Shown here in pieces: positions 1 to 11,879 of a stretch of DNA of 64,000 nucleotides. A program made the translations under genes and the position numbers. Source of the stretch: Mobula hypostoma (lineage: Eukaryota); the NCBI RefSeq assembly GCF_963921235.1, contig NC_086097.1:155002001-155066000 (forward strand). Direction: 5' to 3'. Position 1 is the stretch's first letter; each line of letters opens with the position of its first letter. The notes under the pieces were generated by a model. It searched no databases. It was not told the DNA's origin and saw nothing but the letters and a program-made list of their open reading frames with translations.

Positions 1-700
1 CTAAGGTATATTACAAAAATTAACCAGAAAACTAACAAGAGCTCAGACAATATTCATACTCTCTCTCGTTGGAATTTCTATGAACTGATTAAGGAAAGCT
101 TCCTGTACACGTTTGACAAGCTCTATCCCATTTAGCCCTTTTACAGTTTCAGAGTCTCAGTCAATATGTGTAAAGTTAAAACAATCTTATGTTTCTTGCA
201 ATAGTCTGCATTCTCTATTGAAGTTTGCTGTCTAAACCCTCCTGACTATTGGGTGGTCTATAATATGAGCCCATTAATGTGGCCATCCTTTTCTTATTTC
301 TTAGTTCCACCCGTGTAGCTTCAGTAGATGAACTCTGCAGCCCGTACTATCTGAGCACTGCCATGATATTTTCCCTGACTAGTAATGCCACTCCACCTCC
401 TTTAATCCCCCTTGCTCTATGATATCTAAAATAACAGAATCCGGAATTCTGAGCTGCCATTCCTGTCCGTCCTGCAATCAAGTCTCACTAATGGCTACAC
501 AGTCATAATTCCATGTATTGATCTATGCTCTAAATTCATTTGCCCTTCCTTCAATACTCCTTGCATTGAAATATACTCAACTCAGAACCTTAGTACACCA
601 TGCTCAACCTTTTGATTCCTGGCTTTGTAGGTAAGCTTAACAACAGCTTTCCCCACAATTGCTTCACTATCTGCTCTATTACTCTGGCACCCATCCTCCT
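1..700 (-). mobile_element. CR1 LINE fragment, ORF2 N-terminal APE endonuclease, degraded
   Basis: Minus strand reads YFNARSI...WNYDCVAISET...GGGVALLV...YYRPPNS with stops. Confidence 0.8.
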
Positions 701-984
701 GCAACTTTGCTTTTGTCCTTGGCATTTTATCCCTTTGATATATTTAGCAGTTTATATCAATATGTGTAGACAAAAGAAAACTTTACTGTCGACCAGGTCA
801 CATACCTGTCAGTGCACAACATGGAGAAGCCTGTAATATAGTACTGCAGCCCACCCAGTGATTCACTAAACTGTCCGTTCCACAAATGTAGACACCAAAT
901 TGCCTCTAACTATAGCAAAGAATGCAAGTGTGATAATTTGTTAAAAATATCTGTCGTTAATGACTTGTTGCCTGGCCCATAACA

Positions 985-1109
985 TGTGTTTTAACTAAGA
1001 AGAGAATCACAGCTATTTTCTCAAATTAGTTTTTGTTTTTTTAAGAGCTATACCAAATAAAACAGCTGTCTTGATTAACCGATAGCCCAATTAACTGGAA
1101 TCCACTGTA
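985..1109 (-). mobile_element. Terminal fragment of a Tigger/pogo-like DNA transposon
   Basis: Ends cccaattaactggaatccactg followed by TA. Its reverse complement matches the left end of the element at ~29004. Confidence 0.55.
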
Positions 1110-2379
1110 TATTATTATTTAGTTGTTTCTCCTAGCAGAAGGGGAAGTTTAGCTCTTGCTGTTCCATTGAACATTATAAAAATCCTTACACAGATATCTT
1201 GGATTTTGTACTGGATTCTTAACACGGACTTTTCCAAAATATTTGAACTTTTCAGCAGCCTGAACTATAACGCCAAGCATGGATTTAAGTACCTTGAACA
1301 AGAAATCTGCATCAGAACAAATGTGATTCCAGTTCAATTCCTTGAAGTCATAAGGCACATCAAACTCCCTCATAATACCACAGAACTAATTGCTAGATAA
1401 TTTGAAGGTGACATCAAATTCTTGCTCAATTTTTATGGCCTAGTCAATCATGAACTAACTATTTCAATTATTTTAATATATGGTGAGTGTAGTTTGCCTT
1501 CTTTAAGTATTGGATGTGTGTTACCCCAAAATTTGACTTTACTTCCTAGTCTTTCATTAGTCAGTGATAGAGACAGTCAATGCAGCTGCACTGGCTCGGA
1601 AAGACAAAAGTTAAACTGTTGCAAAGCTGGAGATCAGGTAAGTAATGCAAGAACATTTGCAAATGTGCCATTGATATGTACTTATAAAATAGCTCATTTT
1701 GCATTTTATTATTTTGCTCCCTTCAAATCATTTTCCTCTTGTCCTAGAGGAAGTGGCACATGCTGGATCTTGAAAGGTGGTTCTACATAAACTAAGTGGA
1801 TTTGTTATAGTTCTAGTCTAAAACTTAATGTTGACTTCAGAAGTAAAGAATATAAGAGGTAGGAGGAGGAAAAAGCGGTTGTAACCCTTGCAACCCCTCC
1901 ATATTTCATGGTGGATCTTTTACCTCAGTGCTGTATTCTAAATGCACTATTCCTTTAACTCCTTCAAATGCAAAAGTTACATTTGTAAGCTTATGCAGCT
2001 GTAAGCTATTTTTCGTATTACCTGTATTTCACAGATGTTAGTGATGGAAAACACCATATTTCTGTTTTCCTCCTCCCGAAAATGGGGATACTTGTGCAAT
2101 TCTGGATTGTTCTAGCTCATACGCTTTGGTTCATTGAGATAAACTGCAACTTTCACATACATCTTACTGTCTGAAAATTTCTTGCCTGGAGGCATTAACT
2201 AGTAGCACTATGTATCCTGGAGAAATTGTTGGCAATCAGGAAAAGCAGGAAACAGTAAAGGAAAGCTGAAAGATGTGGTCAACAGAAGAGATAAATGGGT
2301 TAAACATTTGTTCAAAGAACTCCAAATTACAATGCTATGAGTTGAAAATCATGTTAATTCTGAATGCAGTAATGTCTTG

Positions 2380-2800
2380 AGTGCCTTATGCATATATCAC
2401 TATATATAACTTGAGATTCATTTTCTTGTAGGCATTCACACTATATACAAGAAACACAATAGATTCAATTAAAGACTACACCTGATAGGACGGACAAGCA
2501 ATCAACATGTAAAAGACACAAACCCTAAATACAAAATGAAAAAAAATTTTTAAATAAGCAATAAAATCGAAAACATAAATGAATAGTCCTTGAAAGTGAG
2601 TTGATGGGTTGTGGGAACAGTTCGGTGAAGGGGGAAATTAAGTTGAGTGAAGATATCCTCTCTGGTTCAAGTGTTGAGTTTAAGTTGACAGTTGAGTGTT
2701 AATAACTATTCCTGAGCCTGGTGATGTGGGTTCTAAGGCTCCTGCACCTTCTTCCTGATGGCAGAGAGAATGGCCTGGATGGTAGGAGTCAAATTATTGA
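2380..2800 (-). mobile_element. Rex1/Babar LINE 3' end fragment
   Basis: Same 3' UTR and ORF end as the copies at 31670-32200 and 37065-37330. Confidence 0.65.
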
Positions 2801-3099
2801 AGAGGCAACATTCAGCAGTTTGTTGTCATCACTGAGAACTGTGACCTCCTACATGTGTGCTTAGATTATAATGCCCTCGGTGGTCAGATCATAATCAAAC
2901 TCTGCTGCAGCTCATAGTTTCTCAGCACTGTCAGCCAAACTCCATGCTCAAAAACAGGAGACCGCAGGGTTAAGCAGAGTGTGCAGATATAATTATCTGA
3001 ATGGCAGATTTCCCAAAATGCGGGCATTGAGAAACCTCATCCATGTCCTGACAAAGAACACCTGGTACAGTCCTGGAGGCCTCTGTAGCCAGCCTCAAA

Positions 3100-4990
3100 C
3101 AAAGGACATAGACAATCAGTGCAGGAGTAGGCCATTTAGCCCTTCGAGCCAGCACCGCCATTCACTGTGATCATGGCTGATCATCCACTATCAGTATCCA
3201 GTTCCTGCCTTATCCCTATAACCTTTGATTCTGCTATCTTTAAGAGCTCTATTAATCTCTTTCTTGAAAGCATCCAGAGGGTTGGCCTCCACAGCCTTCT
3301 GGGGCAGAGCGTTCCATATATCCACCACTCTCTGGGTGAAAAAGTTTTTCCTCAACTCTGTTCTAAATGGCCTAACCCAATTTCTTTAACTGTGGCCTCT
3401 GGCTCTGGACTCACCCATCAGCGGGAACATGCTTCCTGCCTCCAGAGTGTCCAATCCCTTAATAATCTTATATGTTTCAATAAGATCCCCTCTCAGCCTT
3501 CTAAATTAAAGAGTATACAAGCCCAGTCGCTCCAATCTTTCGACATATGACAGCCCCGCCATCCCGGGAATTAACCTTGTGAACCTACGCTGCACTCCCT
3601 CAATAGCAAGAATGTCCTTCCTCAAATTTGGAGACCAAAACTGCACACAGTATTCCAGGTGTGGTCTCACCAGGGCCCTGTACAGCTGCAGAAGGACCTC
3701 TTTGCTCTTATACTCAATTCCCCTTGTTATGAAGGCCAGCATGCCATTAGCTTTCTTCACTGCCTGCTGTACTTGCATGCTTGCTTTCAGTGATTGATGT
3801 ACAAGAACACCTAGATCTCGTTGTACTTCCTCTTTTCCTAACTTAACTCCATTTAGATAATAATCTGCCTTCCGGTTCTTACCACCAAAAGTGGATAACC
3901 TCACATTTATCCACGTTAAACTGCATCTGCCATGCATCTACCCACTCACCCAGCCTGTCCATGTCGCCCTGCATTCTCATGACATCCTCCTCACATTTCA
4001 CACTGCCACCCAGCTTTGTGTCATTGGCAAATTTGCTAATGTTACTTTTAATTCCCTCAACTAAATCATCAATCTATATTTTAAACAGCTGCAGTCCCAG
4101 CACTGAACCCTGCGGTACCCCACTGGTCACCACCTGCCATTCCGAAAGGGACCCATTAATCGCAACTCTGTTTTCTGTCAGCCAGTCAATTTTCAATCCA
4201 TGTCAGTATTCTGCCCCCAATACCATGTGCCCTAATTTTGCCCACTAATCTCCTATGTGGGACTTTATCAAAGGCTTTCTGAAAGTCCAGGTACACTGCA
4301 TCCACTGGCTCTCCCTTGTCCATTTTCATAGTTACATCCTCAAAAAATTCCAGAAGGTAAGTCAAGCACGATTTCCCCTTCGTAAATCCATGCTGACTCG
4401 GACCAATCCTGTTACTGCTATCTAGATGTGTCGTAATTTCATCTTTTATAATTGACTCCAGCATCTTTCCCACCACCAACATCAGGCTAAACGGTCTATA
4501 ATTCCCTATTTTCTCTCTTCCTCCCTTCTTGAAGAGAGGGACAACATTAGCCACCCTCCAATCCACAGGAACTGATCATGAATCTATAGAACATTGGAAA
4601 ATGATTACCAATGCGTCCCCGATTTCTAAAGCCACCTCCTTAAGTACCCTGGGATGCAGACCATCAGTTCCCGGGGACTGCCTTCAGACCCAACAGCCTA
4701 TCCAACACCATTTCCTGCCTGATATAAATTTCATTCGATTCATCCATTACCCTACGTCCTTTGGCCACTATTACATCTGGGAAATTGTTTGTGTCTTCCC
4801 CACTGAAGACAGATCAAAAGTACCTGTTCAACTCGTCTGCTATTTCCTTGTTCCCCATAATAACTTCACCCGCTTCTGTCTTCAAGGGCCCAATTTTGGT
4901 CTTAACTATTTTTTTCCTTTTCACATACCTAAAGAAGCTTTGACTATCCTCCTTTATTGGCTAGTTTATCTTCGTACCTCATTTTCGCTC
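3100..4990 (-). mobile_element. CR1 LINE, relatively young 5'-truncated copy (RT and 3' UTR)
   Basis: ORFs 4186-4566 ([44 protein letters not shown]) and 3506-3937 (LYRALVRPHLEYCVQFWSP) are CR1 ORF2 motifs. Confidence 0.93.
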
Positions 4991-5319
4991 CTAGAGGAGA
5001 AAAAATGCTTCCTCGAGGACTGTTCCTCATTTGCTTGCCCACCTGAATCTTTATGAGTGCCATCATTGCTGGACCTACTCATTCGGCAATAACACACTCT
5101 ATTAGCTGGAAGAGTTTTGTTCATTTTGCCCTTGACAAGCTGCATTGCATTGATTAGACCTGCCATGCTTCATGCAAAATATGATCATATTTTAGCACAA
5201 GAGAAACCAATGCTGTGCTGAGGGCAACAATTTCAGTTTCAATGTAGTGTTAATTCTAGCAAAGCCTCATGAACCTTGCACGTGAAATTCTCTCTCTTTC
5301 TGTCAAATTCCAAAAAGCT

Positions 5320-6920
5320 TAGGGTGACTAGTACTGCAAAAGGAATGGATGGGATAGAGTTTGCCAAATGTGTTCAGGAAAGTTTTCTTAATCAGTAGGT
5401 AGTAGTCTCAACCAGAGAGTGTGGGTTACTATTAAGGAATGGGATAGAGCAGGGGAAACCTTTGCATCTAGTGATCATAATGCCACTAATTTCAAATAAA
5501 TATTGAAAAAGATCAGTCTGGTTCTCAGGTTGAGATTCTAAATTAGAGAAAGGCCAATTTTGATGGTATCAGAAAGGATCTGGCAAGTGTAGATTGGGAT
5601 AGGCTGTTTTCTGGTAAAGGTGTACTTAGCAGCAAGTGGGAGGCCATCAAAAGTGAAATCCTGAGAGTACAAAACTTGTTTGTTCCTAGCAGAATAAAGG
5701 GTAAAGATAACAGGTTTAAGGAACCTTGGTTATTAAGGGATATTGAGGCTCTGGTCAAGAAAAAAAGGAGTGCATAGCAGGTATAGGCAGTTAGAAAAAA
5801 ATTGAAGTACTTATGGAGTATAAGAGCTGCAAGAGAACACTTAAGAAAGAAATTAAGAGGGCTTAAAGAAGGCATGAGATTTCCCTAGCTGACAGGGTAA
5901 GGAAAATCCCAAGGAAATCTACGGATATGTTAAGAGCAAAAAGATAGTGAAAGACAAAACTGGTCCTCTGGAAGAACAGAATGGTAATCCATGCAGGGAG
6001 CCAAAAGAGATGGGGGAGAACTTAAATGATTTTTTTTTTGAATCTGTATTCACTCAGGAGATGGACACAGAGTCGATAAAAGTGAGGCAAAGCAGTATCG
6101 ACTTCATGGTCCCTATACAGTTTACAGAGGAGGGAGCGTTTGCTATCTTGAAGCAAATTAGGTTCAATAAATACCCAGGACTTGACAATGTGTTCGCTTG
6201 GACCTAGCAGGGATAGTTAAATCATCCTTAGTGACAGGCGAGATACTGGACATTGGAAGATAGCTAATATTGTTCCGCTGTTTAAGAAAGGCTCTAAATA
6301 TAAACCAGAAAATTATGGACCGGTGATCTTTATATCTGTAGTGGGAAAGATATTGTAAGAGACCAGATATATGAGTATTTAGGTAAACACGGGCTAATTA
6401 GGAATAGTCAGCATGGCTTCATGTGTGGCTTCATGTAATAGTGCTTTTCAAGGAAGTTACTCAGAAAGTTGATGAAGAAAAGCAGTGAATGTTGTTTACG
6501 TGGACATTAGCAAGACATTTGACAGGGTCCCTCATGAAAGGTTGGTCAAGAAGGTTGTCACTCAGCATTCAAGATGAGATAGTAAGTTGGATTAGACATT
6601 GGCTTTGTAGTAGAAGCCAGAGAGTGGTAGTAGATGTTTGCCTCTCTGAGTGGAGGCCTGTAACTAGTGGAGTGCCACAGAGATTGGGGTGTTGTTGTTT
6701 GTCATCTATATCAATGAGATGGATGATAATGTGGTTAACTGGATCATCAAATTTGCAGATGACACCAAGATTGCGGGTGTAGTGGATACAAGAAAGACTA
6801 TCAGAACTTGCAGTGGGATCTGAACCAACTGGAGAAATGGGCTGGAAAATGGCAGATGGAATCTAATGCACACAAGTGTGAGATGTTGCACTTTGGGAGA
6901 TCAACCAGAGTACTTTTTAT
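5320..6920 (+). mobile_element. Older CR1 LINE, 5' part; interrupted by a younger CR1 and resumes at ~8413
   Basis: Degraded ORF2 ([29 protein letters not shown]). Breaks off at HFGRST. Confidence 0.85.
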
Positions 6921-8412
6921 TTTAATATTTAAAATATTTAAAATATCGGTGTCTGCAGGTGAGGTGCCGGAGGATTGGAGAGTGGCTCATGTTGCTCCGT
7001 TGTTTAAAAAAGGATTGAAAAGTAATCCGGGAAATTATAGGCCGGTAAGTTTAATGTCGGTAGTAGGTAAATTATTGGAGGGAGTACTAAGAGACAGAAT
7101 CTACAAGCATTTGGATAGACAGGGACTTATTAGGGAGTGTCAACATGGCTTTGTGCGTGGTAGGTCATGTTTGACCAATCTATTGGAGTTTTTCGACGAG
7201 GTTACCAGGAAAGTGGATGAAAGGAAGGCAGTGGATATTGTCTACATGGACTTCAGTAAGGCCTTTGACAAGGTCCCGCATGGGAGGTTAGTTAGGAAAA
7301 TTCAGTCGCTAGGTATACATGGAGAGGTGGTAAATTGGATTAGACATTGGCTCAATGGTAGAAAACAAAGAGTGGTAGTGGAGGATTGCTTCTCTGAGTG
7401 GAGGCCTGTGACTAGTGGTGTGCCACAGGGATCAGTGCTGGGTCCATTGTTATTTGTCATCTATATCAACGACCTGGATGACAATGTGGTAAATTAGATC
7501 AGCAAATTTCCTGATGATACAAAGATTGGAGGTGTAGTAGACAGTGAGGAAGGTTTTCAGAGCCTGCAGAGGGACTTGGACCAGCTGGAAAAATGGGCTG
7601 AAAAATGGCAGATGGAGTTTAATACTGACAAGTGTGAGGTATTGCACGTTGGAAGGACAAACCAAGGTAGAACATACAGAGTTAATGGTAAGGCACTGAG
7701 GAGTGCAGTAGAACAGAGGGATCTGGGAATACAGATACAAAATTCCCTAAAAGTGGCGTCACAGGTAGATAGGGTTGTAAAGAGAGCTTTTGGTACATTG
7801 GCCTTTATTAATCAAAGTATTGAGTATAAAAGCTGGAATGTTATGATGAGGTTGTGAGGCCGAATCTGGAGTATTGTGTTCAGTTTTGGTCACCAAATTA
7901 CAGGAAGGATATAAATAAGGTTGAAAGACTGCAGAGAAGGTTTACCAGGATGTTGCCGGGACTTGAGAAACTCAGTTACAAAGAAAGGTTGAATAGGGGT
8001 TAGGACTTTATTTCCTGGAGCATAGAAGAATGAGGGGAGATTTAATAGAGGTATATAAAATTATGATGGGTATAGATAGAGTGAATGCAAGCAGGCTTTT
8101 TCCACTGAGGCAAGGGGAGAAAAAAACCAGAGGACATGGGTTAAGGGTGAGGGGGAAAAAGTTTAAAGGGAACATTAGGGGGCTTCTTCACACAGAGAGT
8201 GGTGGGAGTATGGAATGAGCTGCCAGAGGAGGTGGTAAATGCGGGTTCTTTTTTAACATTTAAGAATAAGTTGGACAGATTGGAAGGGAGGTGTATGGAG
8301 GGATATGGTCCGTGTACAGGTCAGTGGGACTAGGCAGTAAATGGTTCGGCACAGCCAAGAAGGGCCAAAAGGCCTGTTTTTGTGCTGTAGTTTGGTTTCT
8401 ATGGTTTCTTTC
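6921..8412 (+). mobile_element. Younger CR1 LINE nested in the older CR1
   Basis: ORF 6808-7497 carries [32 protein letters not shown] and [21 protein letters not shown]. 3' tail ggtttctatggtttct. Flanked by tactttttat (6911-6920) and tacttcttat (8413-8422). Confidence 0.92.
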
Positions 8413-9125
8413 TACTTCTTATACAGTGAATGGTAGGGCATTGAAGAGTGCTGCAGAGCAAAGACATCTGGTAAGACAGGTCTATAATTCATTGGAAGTG
8501 GCAAAACATGTAGATAGGGTTGTAAAGACACCTTTTGGTACATTGGCCTACATAAATCAAATTATTGAATACAGGAGACGGGAAGTTAAGTTGAAAACGT
8601 TGGTGAGACCTAATTTGGAGTATTGTCCACTGTTTTGGTTACTGACCCAAAGAAAGATGTAATAAGGTTGAAAGAGTACAGAGAAAATTTACAATTATGT
8701 TTCCGTGACTGGAGTATCTGAGTTATAAGGAAATATCGAATAGGTTAGGATTTTATTCTTTGGAACATGAGGGGAGATTTGATAGAGGTATACAAAATTA
8801 TGAGGGCTAAAAATAGGGTACATGCAAGCAGGTTTTTTCCACTGAGGTTGGGTGAGACTACAACTAGAGTTCATTGGTTAAGGGTGAAAAGGGGAAACTT
8901 CTTCACTTAGAGGGTCATGAGAGTGTGGAAAGAGCTGCCAGTACAAGTGATGCCTGTGAGCTTGATTTCAACGCTTAAGAGAGGTTTGGATGGACATGGA
9001 TGGTAGGGGTATGGAGGGCTATGGTCCTGGTGCACATCGAAGGAGTGGGCATTTTAAATAGTTGGGCACAGACTAGAAGGGCTGAAGGGCCTGTTTTGGT
9101 GTGGGTACTTTTCCACGACTCTGAC
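8413..9125 (+). mobile_element. Older CR1 LINE, 3' part
   Basis: Resumes YTVNGRALKSAAEQRHL...LVRPNLEYC and ends with the CR1 3' UTR (gaagggcctgtttt...gactct). Confidence 0.85.
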
Positions 9126-10549
9126 TCACAATGTTGTTTTAACATCAAAGAGTAGGGAGCAAGTTCAAGGACTGGATCATTAAAGAGGCTTCAAAATCCA
9201 GTTATGGTTTGAAAAATAAAAGGAGAAAATTGCAAAATGAAGGACAAACTATCCTTCCCCTCAGTGGAAGAGGGTAAGATACTATATTATGAAGTTAAAG
9301 GAGTGGATTATACAGGATCAAATATCTCACTGTTTGATATTACCTAAGAGAGGTGCGAATGAGATTGTCAATTGATTTTTGAGGCATCAGCCAGGATCTT
9401 GAATTTCCTTCATGGAATTAAAAGGCAGTGAAATCATGAAGAAAATGGAATTAACTGAAGATTGCAGATATAGGGCTCAAAAAGTTTGCTTTAGAAATCA
9501 ATTCAGGCATTAGGAAGCAGCTTTAAAACAGGAAGATAACACACACAGCCAAAGACTCATGTGAAAACATAACCTTGACAATAATTGAATATAATTTTAA
9601 AAAGTCTGACTTAGAAATGAATAAGTGCTGTTGTGCAGTTCACGATGCTTTCTGGGGGAAAAGACCAAGTAGCTGATAGAATCAGGGTCAAGGGCACGTG
9701 AGAATCAAAGCTCCTTCTTGCAGCTCAACAGTGATGTTATTGAAGCAGAAATGACACTTTTATTTAAATAACTGACAACTCAGTGACCAAAGCATATAAC
9801 CTCCTGTTTGAAAGTCGAATGGCATTTTATTGATGTGTTAAATAACTTTAGTAAATACTACGACACTTCAGATACAGTATGCTTGACCTTCAGTCCAATT
9901 TAAACGGCTTCTGTCTCCTAACAGAGGAACTCACTGTTGAACTGGAAATCATACCAAGCATATCTTTCAATGTGACATCAAATGGTTTCCGTTGAGGAGT
10001 TAAAATCTCACATGAATGTGATTGATGGAGTTGTTCCTCAGGGCGTAGCAACGGGAAAATTTCAGTTCCCACATTATTAATGGCTAGCAGAAAGACTGCA
10101 CCCCTACAAAACCATATATCTGTGCCTATGATACAGTTGTTTCCAAACTAAATGTATATATACACATAATTAAAAATGTTTTAACCAATTCAGACCAGAC
10201 ATAAATAAAGAATGGGAAGCAATCTTGCCTACTTAAAGTTATTTCTTCTTTTAGATGAGCTCTTTTGAAAGGATAAACTGGATTACTGTACCCCTGAGCA
10301 TAATCTAACATTAACCTAGATCATGGTTAATGGGCAGATTATCAATTCCATCTACTGGCCTTGTTTCCATGACTCTTACTTCAAAAGCTTTACCACTGAG
10401 TAATTCAACCAATGTTTGGGGGTGAAAGTTCTAGATTTCAGCTACACACTGTATATCAAGAAGTACTACACACTGTGTGAGGAAGTATTTCTTGAATCAA
10501 GCCCATGAGTGATTGAGCTCTAAGTTTTAAGATCATGCCCTTTTGTTAG

Positions 10550-10880
10550 CATGACCATCATTGTTCTTGGCAAATTTTTCTACTGAAGTGGTTTGCCATT
10601 TCCTTCTTCTGGGCAGTGTCTTTACAAGACAAGTGACCCCAGCCATTATTACTCTTCAGAGATTGTCTGCCTGGCGTCAGCATAAACAGGACTTGTGATA
10701 TGCACTAGCTGCTCATACGACCATCCAACACCTGCTCCCTTGGCTTCATGTGACACTGACTGGGGTTGGGGGATGGCAGCGAAGCAGGTGCCACACCTTG
10801 CCCAAGGGTGACCTCAGGCTCATGGAGGGAAGGAGCACCTTACACCCCGACTGGTAGAGACGTAACTTCACCCTGCCAGA
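10550..10880 (-). mobile_element. RTE-related SINE or short retroelement
   Basis: Minus strand contains AGAAGAAGGAAATGGCAAACCACTTC, resembling the motif of RTE/BovB-associated SINEs. Family assignment is from memory. Confidence 0.45.
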
Positions 10881-11879
10881 GCAGGACTTCGGAAAAATAT
10901 GGACAACTTCCCTCTATCTTGGTGAAGGAAGATAATGATGATTAAAATCATTATCATTATATCAGCACTGCCTTTGGCCGATTAAAGAATAGGCTATTAG
11001 AAAAACAAAACCTCTCACCTGGCATAAAACTCATAATCTACTGGGCAGCATTAACCCTTTCCCTCTTCTGAGTACTGGGCACCTATAATAGACACTTCAA
11101 GGCAATTGAGATATGATACATCTCCAATTTTGTCTTTGCAAAATCCTTCAGATACACTGGAAGATAAATGAACCAACATCTATATCCTCTCCTGAGCTAA
11201 TATCCCCAGCACTGTTACACTCATCAGTTACGTTGGGCAGACAACATCATTCATGTCTGACACTAGATTCCTGAAAGAGGCATTTCTATTCTGAGCCCTT
11301 GTCACAGGATGGCATTAGCAGGCAGGCAGGCAGAGTAAAAGTTTCAAGGAGTATGCTCAAGATGTCCTTGAAAAACATGCTATATCCCCACTGACTCCTG
11401 GAATCTCTAGTTCACTACTGCTTAAAGTAAGAAGAAGCATTCATAAAATTGTACAGCACAAAAAAAAGGCAGGCCATTTGGCCCAACTTATCCATACTGG
11501 TCAAGATGTCTGTCTGAGTTGATTCCATTTGCTTGTGTTTGGCCCATAATCCTCCAAACCTTTTCTATCCATATACCTGTCAGAATGGTTTTGTGAACCT
11601 CAAGGTAATTTATGGGGAGCACATACAACCCATGTTTGAATGATGGAAAAAGTGCACCACTTTTCAAACTATCTATTCCCTGCCATTTTATCCTTAGGCA
11701 CAATCTGTAGTTCCCACAGTAGCCTCATCACCCTCTTCAAACCCCACAGAAGTGGAGGGAACACTGAAGAAGAATTCAATCTGTCTTCACAATTTAAAGG
11801 TTTAAAATATTGAGTGCACAGTAATCCAGAGAACGTGTTCAAATCTGCCACCCCAATCGGGGGTGAAGGGTAGACATAC

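Noticed and set aside
2020..2105. Open AG...GT segment on the minus strand as a candidate exon
   Set aside because: Translation is unrelated to COL22A1 and the phase does not fit.
8807..8816. Perfect MEF2 consensus ctaaaaatag
   Set aside because: It sits inside a decayed CR1 and is expected by chance in AT-rich sequence.
9890..10072. ORF with PFDVTLKDMLG vaguely like the COL22A1 TSPN start (GFDLM)
   Set aside because: No sustained similarity and no fitting splice sites. Downstream exons probably lie beyond position 1.
11229..11260. Minus-strand DVVCPT resembling the next COL22A1 exon (NVLCP)
   Set aside because: In-frame TAA follows immediately and there is no suitable acceptor.
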